Of a DNA stretch of 64,000 nt, positions 1 to 11,564 are shown piece by piece. A program made the position numbers and the translations under genes. The notes beneath the pieces were generated by a model. That model searched no databases. It was not told the DNA's origin and saw only the letters and a program-made list of their open reading frames with translations. The DNA comes from Chloroflexota bacterium (GTDB taxonomy: Bacteria > Chloroflexota > Limnocylindria > P2-11E), in contig VBJD01000026.1 of assembly GCA_005887995.1 (NCBI GenBank), positions 438-64,437 on the forward strand, given 5' to 3'. Each line of letters opens with the position of its first letter. Position 1 is the stretch's first letter.

Positions 1-1
1 G

Positions 2-1090
2 GCGTTCGAGCGCATCTCGTCGACCGGCTGGACCGTCTTCGTCGAGCAACCGCTGGACGAAGCGTTCGCGCCGCTCACGTCCTCGCTGTTGCGAGCGATC
101 GGGATCATCGCGATCGGCCTTGCGGTCTCGCTCGCAGTCAGCCTGATGCTCACACGGCGGCTCATCGAGCCGATCGAGGCGCTTCGATCCGGAGCCGCGC
201 AAATCGGCGCGGGCGCGCTCGGCCAACGGATCGACATCCACACCGACGACGAGCTCGAGGATCTCGCCGACGAGTTCAATCAGATGACCGCGCGACTCAG
301 CGAGTCATACGCGACCCTGGAGCAGAAGGTCGAAGATCGCACCCGCGCTCTCGGCGTCGCGCTCGGCGAGATCGCCGAGAAGGGCCGTCAGCTCGAGGTC
401 GCGAGCAAGAACAAGAGCGAGTTCCTCGCGAACATGAGCCACGAGCTCCGCACGCCACTCAACGCGATCATCGGATTCTCCGAGTTGCTCCTTGAGAAGC
501 TATTCGGCGACCTCACGCCTCGACAGACCGAGTACCTCCACGATATCCACGACGCCGGCCGGCACCAACTGGCCGTGATCAACGACGTGCTCGATCTCGC
601 GAAGGTCGAGGCGGGCTACCTCGAGCTCGAGCGCTCGAGTTTCGCGCTCTCTCGGACGATGAGTGATGCCGTCGCCTTCGTGCGTGCGCGCGCCGCGCAA
701 CATGGGATCGCGCTGAATGAGCAGTACGACCCCGCGATCGGCGACGTGAGCGCCGATCAGCGCAAGCTGAAGCAGGTGCTGGTGAATCTGCTCTCCAACG
801 CGGTCAAGTTCACACCTGACGGCGGGCAGGTAGGCGTGAAGGCGGATCGGACGAACGGCGTTGTCACGATCGCCGTCAGCGACACCGGACCGGGCATCGC
901 GGCAGATGACCTCGCGAAGCTCTTCCGGGAGTTCGGCCAGACCGCGTCAGCACGCGGTCATGAAGGCACGGGCCTCGGTCTCGTGCTCGCGAAGCGGATC
1001 GTCGAGCTCCATGGCGGTCGTATCTGGGTGGACAGCGAGCTTGGTCGCGGCAGCACGTTCCGGTTCACTCTCCCGGTCGGGGCGAAGTAG
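2..1090 (+). CDS. Sensor histidine kinase, 5'-truncated by window edge (TM, HAMP, HisKA, HATPase_c)
   Basis: The frame is open back to nt 2 ([22 protein letters not shown]...), so track ORF 89..1090 is only the tail. HAMP-like [15 protein letters not shown]-box [18 protein letters not shown] boxes [22 protein letters not shown]. Confidence 0.9.
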   Translation, partial: AFERISSTGWTVFVEQPLDEAFAPLTSSLLRAIGIIAIGLAVSLAVSLMLTRRLIEPIEALRSGAAQIGAGALGQRIDIHTDDELEDLADEFNQMTARLSESYATLEQKVEDRTRALGVALGEIAEKGRQLEVASKNKSEFLANMSHELRTPLNAIIGFSELLLEKLFGDLTPRQTEYLHDIHDAGRHQLAVINDVLDLAKVEAGYLELERSSFALSRTMSDAVAFVRARAAQHGIALNEQYDPAIGDVSADQRKLKQVLVNLLSNAVKFTPDGGQVGVKADRTNGVVTIAVSDTGPGIAADDLAKLFREFGQTASARGHEGTGLGLVLAKRIVELHGGRIWVDSELGRGSTFRFTLPVGAK

Positions 1091-1104
1091 CAGCAGCGGC
1101 CGCA

Positions 1105-2109
1105 TCAGCGGATGACTTCCGTCGCCTGAGCGAGGACCGCCGGCGGGATCGCCAGCCCGATCCGCTCCGCCGTCGTGAGGTTGAGGATCACGTCGAACTT
1201 TGTTGGGAGCTCGACCGGGAGGTCGGCGGGTCGCGCTCCGCGCAAGATCTTGTCAACGAATACCGCGGCGCGCTGCATCTCGGCGGCGGAGTTAGCGCCG
1301 ATCTCCATGAGGCCACCGGCCGCTGCCCACGGGAGATCGCTGCTGAAAACATGGGGCAGCTTCGCGTCGATCGCGAAATTCGAGATGAGCTTCACATCGA
1401 AAGCGATGTTGAAGGCGGGCGCGATCAGGAGCCCGTCGGGCAAGGACGTTGCGATCTTCTCTAGCGCTTGGCTCAACTCCTGCGCGTCGTGGATCGCGAA
1501 CGCGTCTATGCGCACATCCAGAGCCCGCGCTCCTTCTTCGATATCCCCGAGTTGGATCGCGGCGCCAGGGTTATTCGCATTCCACAAGACACTTATGCGT
1601 TTCAAGTTGGGCACCACCGCTTTGAGGAACTCGACCTGCTTCGGTCCGACTGAAGCCGCGGATATGCCGGTCAGATTGCCGCCGGGACGCGCAAGACTCG
1701 CGACAAGCCCCTGGCGGACGGGCGTGGACGCGCGGACGAAGACGACCGGAATGGTGGTCGTCGCTTGTCGCGCCGCGAGCGCGGCCGGACTGCCCGTCGT
1801 GACGATGACGTCCGACGGGAGTGCCACAAGCTCTTCGAACAGAGCAGGAATGCGGCTCAGATCCGCGTCCGCGGCCCGCGTGTCGACGCGGATGTCCCGT
1901 CCCTCAACGTATCCGAGAGCGACCAGCGATTGCCGCAGCGTCTCGGCGTTCGTCGCGATCTGTGCGGCAACGCCACCACCGAGATAACCGATGCGCTTTA
2001 CTCTCACGCCGTTTGGCACGGCGGTCGGAGCGCAGCTTTGCACCAGCGCCGCCGCGCTCAGCGACGCGAACGCTCGCAGTACGCCGCGACGGGACAGTCC
2101 TCTGGTCAT
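1105..2109 (-). CDS. Periplasmic substrate-binding protein, ABC_sub_bind (COG2984-type) family, orphan
   Basis: Track ORF 1105..2346 trimmed to ATG 2109 (MTRGLSRRGVLRAFASLSAAALVQSCAP, Tat-like RR plus lipobox-like Cys). Family motifs IGYLGGG, GLVASLARPGGNLTG, ADLPVELPTKFDVILNL. Confidence 0.8.
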   Translation of the reverse strand: MTRGLSRRGVLRAFASLSAAALVQSCAPTAVPNGVRVKRIGYLGGGVAAQIATNAETLRQSLVALGYVEGRDIRVDTRAADADLSRIPALFEELVALPSDVIVTTGSPAALAARQATTTIPVVFVRASTPVRQGLVASLARPGGNLTGISAASVGPKQVEFLKAVVPNLKRISVLWNANNPGAAIQLGDIEEGARALDVRIDAFAIHDAQELSQALEKIATSLPDGLLIAPAFNIAFDVKLISNFAIDAKLPHVFSSDLPWAAAGGLMEIGANSAAEMQRAAVFVDKILRGARPADLPVELPTKFDVILNLTTAERIGLAIPPAVLAQATEVIR

Positions 2110-2140
2110 CGGATCACCGTGGTCGCTCGTGCAGCGCCGT

Positions 2141-3154
2141 TCAACGAGTCCACGCCGAGACGCGCGACGAGACCGAGGGCGGAATGGTGAGGCCGAGCGC
2201 TTGCGCCGTCGTGCTGTTGATGACGAGCTCGAAGTCGGTGGACTGCTCGATCGGCAGGCCCGCGGGGTTGACGCCGCGCAGGATCTTGTCGACGTAGATC
2301 GCGGCCCGGCGAAAAATCTCGGTGACGTTCTCTCCATAGGCCACAAGCACGCCCGACTCGACGTACTGCTTCTCGATCGCCATGGAGGGAAGCCGAGCCC
2401 TCACCGCGAGATCCGCGAGGATGCGCGTGCTCGTTACGGGCGCGCCGAACAGCGGGCCGTGGAGCGTCACTGCCTCGGCCCGCCCGCGACTCGCGGCCGC
2501 GACAGCGGCTTCGAAGTCACGGAGGGACTTCGCGGTCAGCACTTGGATCTGCAGGCCCAACCCCGGCGCCGCGGCCTGCGTCTCATCGAGCTGGAGCCCG
2601 GCCCCCGCGGAGAGGTCCCACAGCGCGGCGACACGGACGAGGCCGGGGAGCATCTCCTTCAGGATTTCCAGACGCTTCGCGGCGAGCTGCGCCGGGAGGC
2701 GCGCCAGCCCGGTGACGTTGCCGCCCGGATACGCCAAGCTTCCCACAAGGCCGACCGAGACGGGCTCGGCGACGCCGGCCAGGACGATCGGGGTCGTCCT
2801 CGTCGCCCGTTGGGCCGCTTGAGCGGCCGGGAGGTTCCCCGTCACGATCACATCCACAGGCAGACCCAGCAGCTCAGCCACGAGGCTCGGCAACTTAGTG
2901 GTGTCGCCCTCGGATGCACGGACCTCGAACGTCACGTTCTGACGCTCGACCCAGCCCAGGCCCCGCATGCCCTGGTAAAAGGCGTCGTTGTTGTGGCTTT
3001 GGATGGCTCCGCCAGCGAGGACGCCAACGCGCGCGACCTTGACCGAACGCGCGCCGCTGTTCGCAGGTCGCACGTCGCAGGCACTGAGCGCGCCGAGTCC
3101 CGCGGCTGAGGCGCCCAACATCGCCGCACCGCGCAAGAAGCTGCGCCGGTTCAT
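2141..3154 (-). CDS. Periplasmic substrate-binding protein, ABC_sub_bind family, orphan (paralog 2)
   Basis: MNRRSFLRGAAMLGASAAGLGALSAC Tat/lipoprotein-type signal. Motifs GLVGSLAYPGGNVTG and AGLPIEQSTDFELVINS. Confidence 0.85.
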   Translation of the reverse strand: MNRRSFLRGAAMLGASAAGLGALSACDVRPANSGARSVKVARVGVLAGGAIQSHNNDAFYQGMRGLGWVERQNVTFEVRASEGDTTKLPSLVAELLGLPVDVIVTGNLPAAQAAQRATRTTPIVLAGVAEPVSVGLVGSLAYPGGNVTGLARLPAQLAAKRLEILKEMLPGLVRVAALWDLSAGAGLQLDETQAAAPGLGLQIQVLTAKSLRDFEAAVAAASRGRAEAVTLHGPLFGAPVTSTRILADLAVRARLPSMAIEKQYVESGVLVAYGENVTEIFRRAAIYVDKILRGVNPAGLPIEQSTDFELVINSTTAQALGLTIPPSVSSRVSAWTR

Positions 3155-4137
3155 CGAATCACTTCGGTGGCCTGCGCAAGAACGCTGTCTGGAACGGTGA
3201 GGCCGATCCGGCGGGCGGCTGCGAGATTGACGGCAAAGAGGAATTGGGTGGGCTGCTCCACGGGAAGGTCCGCCGGATGAGCGCCTTTGAGGATCTTGTC
3301 GACGAGGACGGCCGCCCGGCGATGCCCGTCCGCGTAGTCAGGGCTGCGATGCATGAGACCGCCAGCTCTGACGATCTGCACCTCCGAGTAGACAGCTGGT
3401 AGCTGAATCTTTGCCGCGAACTCAGGGACGTGACTGAAGTCGCGAATCACGGACAGCGTTGGCAGCATGAGCAGTCCGTCGGGCCGCGTCCGCGTGATGG
3501 CATCCAGCGCGGCGTCAGTCTCGGCCGGATTGTGGAGGCCGACCACCTGGGTTTCGATTCCGAGAACCCGAGCTGCCTTCTCGGTCGCGCTGACCTGCAC
3601 ATCCTGATCGGACTGATTCGCGTTCCACAGGAGGGCGACGCGCGCGAGCCGCGGCACCGTCTCGTTCAAGAGTTCCACGCGTTTCGCGGCCCCCTCAACG
3701 TTGCCGGTGGTCACGCCGGTGATGTTTCCGCCGGGCCGCGACAAGCTGGCAACGAGGCCCGATCCAACGGGATCAGCCGCGAGCGTGAAAACGATCGGGA
3801 TCGTGGTTGTCGCGCTTTTGGCTACGCGCTGCGCCGGCCCGGCCTCGGCGACGATCACATCCACCGGGAGAGCGACGAGCTCGGCGGCCATCGCGGGTAA
3901 CCGATCCATCTCTTGGTTCGCGATCCGGAAAAGGACTTCTACATCGCGACCCTCGACGTACCCAAGGTCGCGGAGCTTCTGGAGAAACGGCGCGCTGAAC
4001 TCCTCGACCGATTTTTGTACGTTGCCGGAGAGGTAGCCAATCCTCCGTAGACGTCGCTGCGATGAGGTGCCGGCCGGCGCAGCGCATGCGAGAAGAGACG
4101 CGCCGACACCCGCGATGAATGCGCGCCGGGTCGCCAT
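3151..4137 (-). CDS. Periplasmic substrate-binding protein, ABC_sub_bind family, orphan (paralog 3)
   Basis: Track ORF 3151..4350 trimmed to ATG 4137 (MATRRAFIAGVGASLLACAAP). ATGA stop/start overlap with the downstream paralog. Motifs GLVASLSRPGGNITG and ADLPVEQPTQFLFAVNL. Confidence 0.8.
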   Translation of the reverse strand: MATRRAFIAGVGASLLACAAPAGTSSQRRLRRIGYLSGNVQKSVEEFSAPFLQKLRDLGYVEGRDVEVLFRIANQEMDRLPAMAAELVALPVDVIVAEAGPAQRVAKSATTTIPIVFTLAADPVGSGLVASLSRPGGNITGVTTGNVEGAAKRVELLNETVPRLARVALLWNANQSDQDVQVSATEKAARVLGIETQVVGLHNPAETDAALDAITRTRPDGLLMLPTLSVIRDFSHVPEFAAKIQLPAVYSEVQIVRAGGLMHRSPDYADGHRRAAVLVDKILKGAHPADLPVEQPTQFLFAVNLAAARRIGLTVPDSVLAQATEVIR

Positions 4138-4368
4138 GGGTCGCCTTCCTCTGCCGACGGAAGGGCTCCGGGTCAGGCGCTGCCCCGCCGCCGACCGCTC
4201 CTGCACCCTGGAGCGCCGAAAGTCTACGCGCGGACCGTCTGTTGAAGGAGGCCGGACGGCGATCGGGTGCCGATCGCCGCCGACCTTACGTCGCTCGAGC
4301 GGCGTGGCCGGGGACGGCTCGGGGGTGCAGCCTCTGCCGCCACCGGCCACGCCGCTCGAACACCATTG

Positions 4369-4590
4369 CTAGGGGTCCTCATCGCAGAGGACCCCGCAGT
4401 AGGTCCCGTCCGGCATGAGCGTTCCGAAGGAGGAATCCGGCGGGTTTGTTGGGATGACGATCCAGACGTGTGCCGGCTGCGGCGCGGGGCTGGCTGCCTG
4501 AGTCTCGCCGGGCGTCGTCCATCCGGCGCCGAGTGCGAGCACTCCGCTGAACGCGAGCGTGAACGCTATCAAGAAGACTCGGCGCTGCAT
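4369..4590 (-). CDS. Small secreted protein (73 aa), unknown function
   Basis: N-terminal signal-peptide-like MQRRVFLIAFTLAFSGVLALGAG. The mature part is Pro-rich and has two Cys near the C-terminus. Co-directional between the REC regulator and the SBP triplet. No homology recognised. Confidence 0.4.
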   Translation of the reverse strand: MQRRVFLIAFTLAFSGVLALGAGWTTPGETQAASPAPQPAHVWIVIPTNPPDSSFGTLMPDGTYCGVLCDEDP

Positions 4591-4679
4591 CTCTGTCCCG
4601 TCCCTTCGAGCCCGTCTGGGCTTCTATCCACTGGGCGTGGAGTGGGCTGGAACGGTCGTTCAGTCCGAACGAACGGCGG

Positions 4680-5714
4680 CTAAAGCTCCCATTTGAGAGC
4701 GGAACGAGGATCCGGCGCGTAGACGCAGAAGGTGCCGGTCTTCAGCGTCGACTCGAAGTGCTTCGCGAGCGCGGGGCTGTTCTCCGCGATCCGGTCCACG
4801 ACCGCCTTGATCGCGCGCGTCACGTTGATCCGCGCGCGCTCGGCGTCGGAGACCGCCTTTCGGTCACGTCCGCCGAGCCCGACCGCAGCCGCGAGCTCGT
4901 GTGCGATCGCTTCGCGCTCATCGCGCGCGCGCCCCGCGCGCTCGGGATCGTTGAAGCGTTCGGCCTCGGCCATTTCGTCCTCGAGCTCGTCGAGCCGCGA
5001 TTTGTACTGAGCCTTCGCCTCCGCATCAAGTACCGCGCCCGCGTCGCTGCCGGCCGGGATGGGCCGGTCGTCGGCGGGTGCAGATGTCACGAGATCGAGC
5101 GCGTGGATCTCGCGATCAGGTTGCCGCAGCAACGCCGCGATGTAGTGGAGGCCCTTTGTGTCCTTCAAACGGAATGCGCTGCCCTCGAAGGCGATCGTCC
5201 AGACCTCGCCCTCGCGACGGAAGAGAGCGGTGCCGCCGAGTCCGCGAAGAGAAAGGATCTCGTTGACCTGCGCCGCGACGCGTTGCTCAAGGGTCTGGTT
5301 CAGCGCGGTGAGCTCATGTGCTTGCCGCTCGATCGTGTCGTGGTAGCGCTTGATGCGCAACAGGGAGCGGATACGGGCGAGGAGCTCCTGCTTGTCGAAC
5401 GGCTCGAGGACGAAGTCGTCCGCGCCTGCCTCGAGGGCTGCGATCTTGTCTTGGTCGGGGTTCGCGGTGACCATTACGATCGGCACGAACTTCGTCGCTT
5501 CGTTCGCTCGGAGCTGACGGCAGACGTCGTATCCGCCGATGCCCGGCATGACGACGTCGAGCAGGATGAGATCGGGCGTTTCAGTCGTCGCGGTGCGTAT
5601 CGCCTCGTCACCGGAGGAGGCCGAACTCAGCCGATAACCGTACGGGCCGAGCATCGCTTCGAGCAGCCGAAGGTTCTGCGGCTGGTCGTCCACCAGCAGG
5701 ATGCGCCCTTCCAT
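4680..5714 (-). CDS. Response regulator: REC domain, coiled-coil, unassigned C-terminal domain
   Basis: ILLVDDQPQNLRLL...LILLDVVMPGIGGYDV...KFVPIVMVTA...GADDFVLEPF is a canonical receiver. The C-terminal 200 aa (GEVWTIAFEGSAFRLKDTKGLHYIAALLRQPDREIHALDLV...) matches no classical output domain that I can name. Confidence 0.85.
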   Translation of the reverse strand: MEGRILLVDDQPQNLRLLEAMLGPYGYRLSSASSGDEAIRTATTETPDLILLDVVMPGIGGYDVCRQLRANEATKFVPIVMVTANPDQDKIAALEAGADDFVLEPFDKQELLARIRSLLRIKRYHDTIERQAHELTALNQTLEQRVAAQVNEILSLRGLGGTALFRREGEVWTIAFEGSAFRLKDTKGLHYIAALLRQPDREIHALDLVTSAPADDRPIPAGSDAGAVLDAEAKAQYKSRLDELEDEMAEAERFNDPERAGRARDEREAIAHELAAAVGLGGRDRKAVSDAERARINVTRAIKAVVDRIAENSPALAKHFESTLKTGTFCVYAPDPRSALKWEL

Positions 5715-5794
5715 CGCGGCGGAGCCTACGACGGAGTCACCGGTGTATCCGCCGCGCTGTCCTCATGCCCTCGTGGCGTGAGCTACGACGGAAC

Positions 5795-5819
5795 GCTCGT
5801 TCACCGCCGGTGAACGAGC
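5795..5819. promoter_or_regulatory. Perfect 11-bp inverted repeat (GCTCGTTCACC-gcc-GGTGAACGAGC) in a divergent intergenic region
   Basis: Read directly. It lies between the REC regulator start (5714, minus) and the SBP start (5848, plus). Candidate operator or RNA hairpin. Confidence 0.35.
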
Positions 5820-5847
5820 ACTTGCAACGTCGGCGTAGGTTCTTCGC

Positions 5848-6900
5848 ATGCGCGATCCGGTGCTTATGTCTCGACGCCTCCTGCTGAAGTCCGCGGCCGG
5901 AGCCGTTCTCGCGACGGCGTGCCGTACGGCGAACCCGTCGGCTCCGAAACGGCCGCGGCAGATCGGCTATCTGTCAACGGGCCCGCGCCTCCCGGCAGAT
6001 CACCCGGCGTACGTCGCGTTCCGGGACGGCATGCGCGCCGAGTCGTTCGTGGAGGACACCAACTACGAGATGACATATCGCTATTGCGAGGGCGATCCGG
6101 ATCGCGCCGTGCCGCTGGCCGTGGACCTCGTGTATGCCGGTGCCGAGGTGCTCGTGGTCACGTCAACCGGCGCGACGCAAGCAGCGCGCGTCGTGACGCC
6201 GAACGTGCCCATCGTGATGATCGCGAGCCATGACCCGATCGATGCCGGCGTCATCAAGGAGCTCGTGAAGCCGGGAGAGAACGTCACCGGTCAGAGCCTC
6301 GCCGGCGCGACGCTCATGCCAAAGCAGCTCGACTACCTGCTCCAGCTCGCACCCGTGCGCAGACTGGGCTATCTCTCGCCGACGTTCCCGACGTACGCGC
6401 AGGCGTACCCGAGCGTCACCGACGCATTCGAGCGCTCGATGCGCGCAGCAGGTAAGCCCCTGGGGATCGAGGTCATCTCACCGAAGGTGCCAAAGACAGG
6501 CGATGTGGGACAAGCGCTCGCGACGCTCGCCGCTGAATCGGTGGACGCGCTCTTTGTTATCGAGTCGCCGACGTGGTTCACCGGCGCGGTGTCGCAGAAG
6601 CCGATCAATCAGATCGTCGATTTCGCGACACGCCGGCGGCTTCCGCTGATAGGCGCGCAGCGCATGTATGCAGCGGACCAAGGATTCCTGCTCACGTACG
6701 GCGACGTCCGATCCGCCGTCGATATGCATCGCAGCGTCGCGCGCTACGTCGCCCGGATCCTTCGCGGCGAGCGGCCCGGCGACCTCGCTGTAGACGTGCC
6801 GAAATTCTGGGAACTCGTCGTCAACGCGAAGACCGCGTCGGCGATCGGTCTCGACGTGCCTCAGCCGGTCATCGCTGAGGCTGCGCTCGTCATCCACTGA
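5848..6900 (+). CDS. Periplasmic substrate-binding protein, ABC_sub_bind family, orphan (paralog 4)
   Basis: Tat-like MSRRLLLKSAAGAVLATAC. IGYLSTG, PIVMIASHDP, VKPGENVTG, GDLAVDVPKFWELVVNAKTA. Confidence 0.8.
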   Translation: MRDPVLMSRRLLLKSAAGAVLATACRTANPSAPKRPRQIGYLSTGPRLPADHPAYVAFRDGMRAESFVEDTNYEMTYRYCEGDPDRAVPLAVDLVYAGAEVLVVTSTGATQAARVVTPNVPIVMIASHDPIDAGVIKELVKPGENVTGQSLAGATLMPKQLDYLLQLAPVRRLGYLSPTFPTYAQAYPSVTDAFERSMRAAGKPLGIEVISPKVPKTGDVGQALATLAAESVDALFVIESPTWFTGAVSQKPINQIVDFATRRRLPLIGAQRMYAADQGFLLTYGDVRSAVDMHRSVARYVARILRGERPGDLAVDVPKFWELVVNAKTASAIGLDVPQPVIAEAALVIH

Positions 6901-6927
6901 CACCCGCGCACAAGCCATAGACGCACC

Positions 6928-8078
6928 GTGATCTCGATGGCATGGATGCCGAATGCGGGGGACCTACCATGGCTCAACTTGTTCCCCCGTGATCCAAACC
7001 GGCAGGCGGAACGTCAGCTCAGCACACGAAGGCAGTTGTTGATCCGAACGCTGGCCACCGGCGCGACCGTCGCGGCGGGGGCTGCGCTCGCGTCGTGCGC
7101 GCCTAGCGGCGCGGCATCGGGCACCGCCGCGGAGCTCCCGCCGCCCGAGACGACGACACTGCGGATCACGAGCCCGTTCGCCTGCGATCCGCCGTTGTGG
7201 CTGGCGAAGGAATTCCTTGTCGACGAGGGCTTCCGAGACGTGCAGTACCTGGGCGGCTCGGGTCGCCCACGAGACTGGGCGACATCGGGGGCCGCAGACT
7301 TCGGCGCCGCCCACCCGGAGGAGCTGGTCGCGGCGATCGATGCCGGCGCACCGCTCGTGGCGCTCGCCGGTCTGCACGCCGGCTGTCAAGAGGTGTGGGT
7401 CGGGCCGGGCATCACATCCCTGCGCGACCTGCGTGGCAAACGGATCGGTGTCGGCCACAAGAGCACGGAGGATCAGTTCTTCACGTTCTTCGCGACCACG
7501 CTCGCCTACGTCGGCATCGACCCGGTGAAAGACGTGTCGTTCTTCGAGGTCGGACCGACGTACGAGGCAATGATGAAGGCCTTTACCGAGGGTCGCTCGG
7601 ACGCGTTCCTTGCCGCTGCGGAAGGGGCGGCGGTCTTGCGGCGGAATCCCAGGAGTCAGAGCACGAAGATCCTCGATCAGTCGGCCGACAAGCCATGGTC
7701 GCAGTACGTCTGCTGCATGCTCGTCGCGAACCGCGACTGGACGCGGCAGAACCCGGTAGCGACCAAGCGCGTCACGCGCGCCATCATGCGGGCGGCCGAC
7801 GCGACCGTGAAGGACCTGCCGCGCGCGGCACATGAGGGCGCGACGCGGCACTTTCAGCCCCTGCTCCAGCATCCGACCGCGTTGTCCGACGAGCAGGTCC
7901 TGAACGAGACGATCGCCACGATCTCCTATGACTGGCGGGAGCTTGACCCCGAGGAGACGCTGCGCTTCTTCGCGCTCCGTCTCGGAGATGTGAAGCTGAT
8001 CAAGAGCACGCCGCAACAGATCATCAACCTCGGCTCGGACGTCGCGTACGTCCGCCAGCTCCGCACCCAGTTGAAGGC

Positions 8079-8082
<4 letters not shown>
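6928..8082 (+). CDS. NMT1/SsuA/TauA-like periplasmic substrate-binding protein (COG0715-type), orphan
   Basis: Tat signal STRRQLLIRTLATGATVAAGAALASC. Body resembles nitrate/sulfonate/taurine-type SBPs. The exact start (M1/M4/M7) is uncertain. Its stop overlaps the kinase start (GTGA). Confidence 0.7.
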
Positions 8083-9611
<1,529 letters not shown>

Positions 9612-10634
9612 TCAGTTCGCGCGCGGATATTGGCGCTTCAGCTCCTGCAGGAAGGCGAAATTCGAAGCCAGCTTGACGAGCTGCTGAGGCGTGTTCTTCA
9701 CGAGCTTCGCTTGTGACAGCTGCACTGCGTTGAAAAGGAGACTCGCCTCCGCGTCGAGTTCGCGCCACTCGAAGGTGCAGTTCTTGAGCGTCGCGAGATA
9801 GGTGTCATACGTCTCGGGACTGAACATTCCCGCCTTCACGCCCGCCATGACCGCGGCTGGCAGATCCTTGGCGACGCGATCGTTCGCGCGAAGGAGGGCT
9901 CTGGTGACGCGCTTCGTCGCGTTCGGGTTCTGCTGCGCCCAGTCGCGGTTCACGATGAGCTGGCAGCAGTAGTACCTCGACCAGGTCCCGTCGGTGTGCA
10001 TGTCGATGAGCAGCTTGCCCGGATTTTTCGCTGAAGCGCGCAGGATGGGCACCTGATTGGACAGTGCCAGGATCGCGTCCGACCGGCCTTGCACGAAGGT
10101 GTCGACCGTATTGGTATCGAGAACGAAATTCACGTCCTTTCGCGGGTCGATCCCGACGTACGCGAACATCGCTGCCCAGACGCCATACCACGCGTCGACG
10201 ACGGGATCGGTCGAATTCACCGTGATCGTCTTGCCTTTGAGGTCGCGGATCGAGGCGATCTCCGGCTTGGTCCACACCTCGCCACAGCCTGTATGCAACC
10301 CGCCAAGAGCCTGGATCGGCTTGCCCGCGTCGACATTGGCGACGACCCACTGCGCGTAGCCGATACCGATGTCGCCCTCGCCTCGCGCGACCGCCCCCAC
10401 TGACAGGGGCAGGATCTTCGCGTCGAAGCCTTCCTCCGCGAGGTAGTCGCCGGCGCTCCAGAGAGCCGCGTCGCACGCCACCGACACGATCCGCACCGCG
10501 GTGGTCTCGGGCGGACCCAGCGTCCCGCCCACACCCGACGAAGGCGACGCTGGGCCGCACGCCGCGGCCAGGCCCGCGCCGATGACGCTGCCGCCTAAGG
10601 CGAGGCTCGAGCCAAGCAGCTGCCGCCTCCTCAT
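9612..10634 (-). CDS. NMT1/SsuA-like periplasmic substrate-binding protein, orphan (paralog of 6928..8082)
   Basis: MRRRQLLGSSLALGGSVIGAGLAAAC Tat/lipobox. Shares WSRYYCCQLIVNRDW / WSQYVCCMLVANRDW and C-terminal motifs with 6928..8082. Its stop codon abuts the kinase stop with 0 nt gap. Confidence 0.75.
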   Translation of the reverse strand: MRRRQLLGSSLALGGSVIGAGLAAACGPASPSSGVGGTLGPPETTAVRIVSVACDAALWSAGDYLAEEGFDAKILPLSVGAVARGEGDIGIGYAQWVVANVDAGKPIQALGGLHTGCGEVWTKPEIASIRDLKGKTITVNSTDPVVDAWYGVWAAMFAYVGIDPRKDVNFVLDTNTVDTFVQGRSDAILALSNQVPILRASAKNPGKLLIDMHTDGTWSRYYCCQLIVNRDWAQQNPNATKRVTRALLRANDRVAKDLPAAVMAGVKAGMFSPETYDTYLATLKNCTFEWRELDAEASLLFNAVQLSQAKLVKNTPQQLVKLASNFAFLQELKRQYPRAN

Positions 10635-10672
10635 GCGCGAAGCGTATGCGGCGATGACAGCGTCAACGTTTT

Positions 10673-11542
10673 CTAGCGCTTGGCATAGGTGTCGAGGAAC
10701 GCGATCGCACGTCGGACTGCATCGTCAGTGGTTGCTGGGGCAACGAGGACAATGTGCGCGCCGCCGTCGTAGTAGTGCGACTCGACGACTGACCCATGAG
10801 CGCGCAACGAGCTCTCGAAGGCCTGGCCTTGCGCAACGCTATCGGCAATGACCCCATCACTCCGAGTGGCGAGGATCAGAACGGGTGCCGCCGGGTAGTC
10901 AAGTCCGACACCCGAATCGGCGACGATCGCCGAGATGTCACTTCGTCTTGCGGCCAGATAGAGAGCGCTGGTCGCGTTCGTCGAGGCGCCAACCAGCGCG
11001 ACGCTCTGACCGCGAGCGCGTGGCGCACGCTTCGCGAGCTCGATGAATGCGGCATCCGTCTCGAACAGACTGCGCCGGCGCTGGCATTGCACCCGCGCGA
11101 AACCTTGGTCACAGCCCGCGACTACGACGAAGCCACCGTCAGCGATGCGGCGAGCGACATCGAGCTGCGCTTGCGTGAGTCCTGCGGCCTCTGACATGTA
11201 GACGACAGCGGGAAACGGACCTGAGCCGGGAGGCACGAAGATCGCCGCTGTTGTCGTGTAGCGATCGGGCCACGTTCCCTTGACCCACGAAGCGACTCCC
11301 GCCACCGCGGGGCCCGGAGGCTCGTCGATCCCCTCCCATACGACTCCCAGAGCATCGGTCAGGGTCGTAAAGCTCGGACGCACGGTGCCCGCGGACGTCG
11401 GGCTGGCGCTCGCGATTGCCGCGGTCGACGAGGGCGGTCGCTGCGCTGGGCTCAAGGCCGTGCACGAGGCGAGGAGAGCAACGACCACGTACGACAGCAG
11501 CGCAATGATGCGAAGCTCAGTGCGGCTCGAGCGCCGCTCCAC
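10673..11542 (-). CDS. Alpha/beta-hydrolase lipoprotein (dienelactone-hydrolase-like)
   Basis: Signal plus lipobox (VVALLASCTA). PFPAVVYMSEAAGLTQAQLDVARRIADGGFVVVAGC resembles the DLH-family core. Catalytic residues not verified. Confidence 0.5.
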   Translation of the reverse strand: MERRSSRTELRIIALLSYVVVALLASCTALSPAQRPPSSTAAIASASPTSAGTVRPSFTTLTDALGVVWEGIDEPPGPAVAGVASWVKGTWPDRYTTTAAIFVPPGSGPFPAVVYMSEAAGLTQAQLDVARRIADGGFVVVAGCDQGFARVQCQRRRSLFETDAAFIELAKRAPRARGQSVALVGASTNATSALYLAARRSDISAIVADSGVGLDYPAAPVLILATRSDGVIADSVAQGQAFESSLRAHGSVVESHYYDGGAHIVLVAPATTDDAVRRAIAFLDTYAKR

Positions 11543-11564
11543 GTCGCGAGTCTAAGCGCGCCGA

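Noticed and set aside
1175-3109. Long plus-strand ORFs (1175..1987, 1821..2297, 1991..3109, 2382..2822) opposite the SBP genes
   Set aside because: They lie entirely inside minus-strand genes with clear family motifs. Their translations are Arg/Ala/Ser-rich low-complexity strings typical of high-GC shadow frames.
4758-5813. 351-aa plus-strand ORF antisense to the response regulator
   Set aside because: Shadow ORF. It has no motifs, and the opposite strand encodes a canonical receiver domain.
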